Virus record (IMG/VR): IMGVR_UViG_3300049433_000291 | DNA: 64,000 nucleotides | Strand: one strand, 5' to 3' | Origin: an uncultured virus (IMG/VR IMGVR_UViG_3300049433_000291) | Lineage: Duplodnaviria; Heunggongvirae; Uroviricota; Caudoviricetes | Part shown: piece after piece, positions 63,779 through 64,000 of the stretch | How the letters are laid out: the number at the start of each line of letters is the position of its first letter | Numbering within the stretch: position 1 is the first letter of the stretch | Made by a program: the position numbers and the translations under genes | Notes under the pieces: model-generated | Databases searched by the model: none | Seen by the model: the letters and a program-made list of their open reading frames with translations, nothing else | Told to the model about the DNA's origin: nothing

Positions 63779-64000
63779 TTATTGAAAATCCGTTTCAAGG
63801 CCCGGGGGAATTGGGAATTCGTTAAGGCATGAGCGACATTCGACACGTTCATTGGTTTCTTCATCTTCGTCGTACACTTGGTAGAGGCCATTTATCGAAA
63901 GTACGCCGTCTTTGAGGCCTTCTATCTCGCGCCAGGTGGTGTGATTAGCGAGATATCGAAAGCCTTCTCCGTGTTCGGTCGGATCGTTGCCTTTATAACC
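63779..64000 (-). CDS. Hypothetical protein, C-terminal part (runs off window)
   Basis: Own translation: open frame GYKGNDPTEH...VECRSCLNEFPIPPGLETDFQ* ending at TAA 63779. Confidence 0.55.
   Translation of the reverse strand, partial: GYKGNDPTEHGEGFRYLANHTTWREIEGLKDGVLSINGLYQVYDEDEETNERVECRSCLNEFPIPPGLETDFQ

Larger units (their letters stand above)
1..64000. mobile_element. Integrative conjugative element (partial; boundaries not seen in window)
   Basis: Tyrosine integrase plus excisionase-like gene, VirB4/VirD4-type T4SS cluster, HUH relaxase, SSB and leading-region genes occur together; no housekeeping chromosomal operons seen. Confidence 0.9.

Overview
The window is the left part of a large integrative conjugative element (ICE). 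The host is probably an acidobacterium, inferred from the protein families present. From left to right: (1) a tyrosine integrase and an excisionase-like gene (1-1.6 kb); (2) a secreted metalloprotease-like protein; (3) a leftward operon of pilin, VirB3, VirB4, VirB5 and VirB6 homologues that runs on into a topoisomerase Zn-finger gene, a class II ribonucleotide reductase and a TOPRIM primase-like gene; (4) a divergent rightward operon (lytic transglycosylase, VirB8/9/10-like genes, a MoxR-type AAA+ ATPase instead of VirB11, VirD4), with sigma54-like promoters between the two operons; (5) a small cargo hotspot with gene remnants and inverted repeats (27.9-30.7 kb); (6) a 1982-aa DUF4326-headed protein, an HUH relaxase and a MobC-like gene; (7) a 'leading region' of small leftward genes (OB-fold, acidic protein, SLOG/YspA, macrodomain, RNase HI fusion, SSB) carrying two families of repeated intergenic motifs; (8) a rightward ~11-kb island at 52.4-63.7 kb. 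The island encodes a multidomain thymidylate synthase, an HD-domain protein, two paralogous [P-loop ATPase + CARF-like partner] pairs and an endonuclease III-like glycosylase fused to a C5-cytosine methyltransferase. It is the best candidate for an undescribed defence or DNA-modification system. Two copies of a promoter- and terminator-flanked small structured RNA also occur. No CRISPR array, rRNA or intact tRNA was seen. All calls come from motif recognition by eye; no searches were run.
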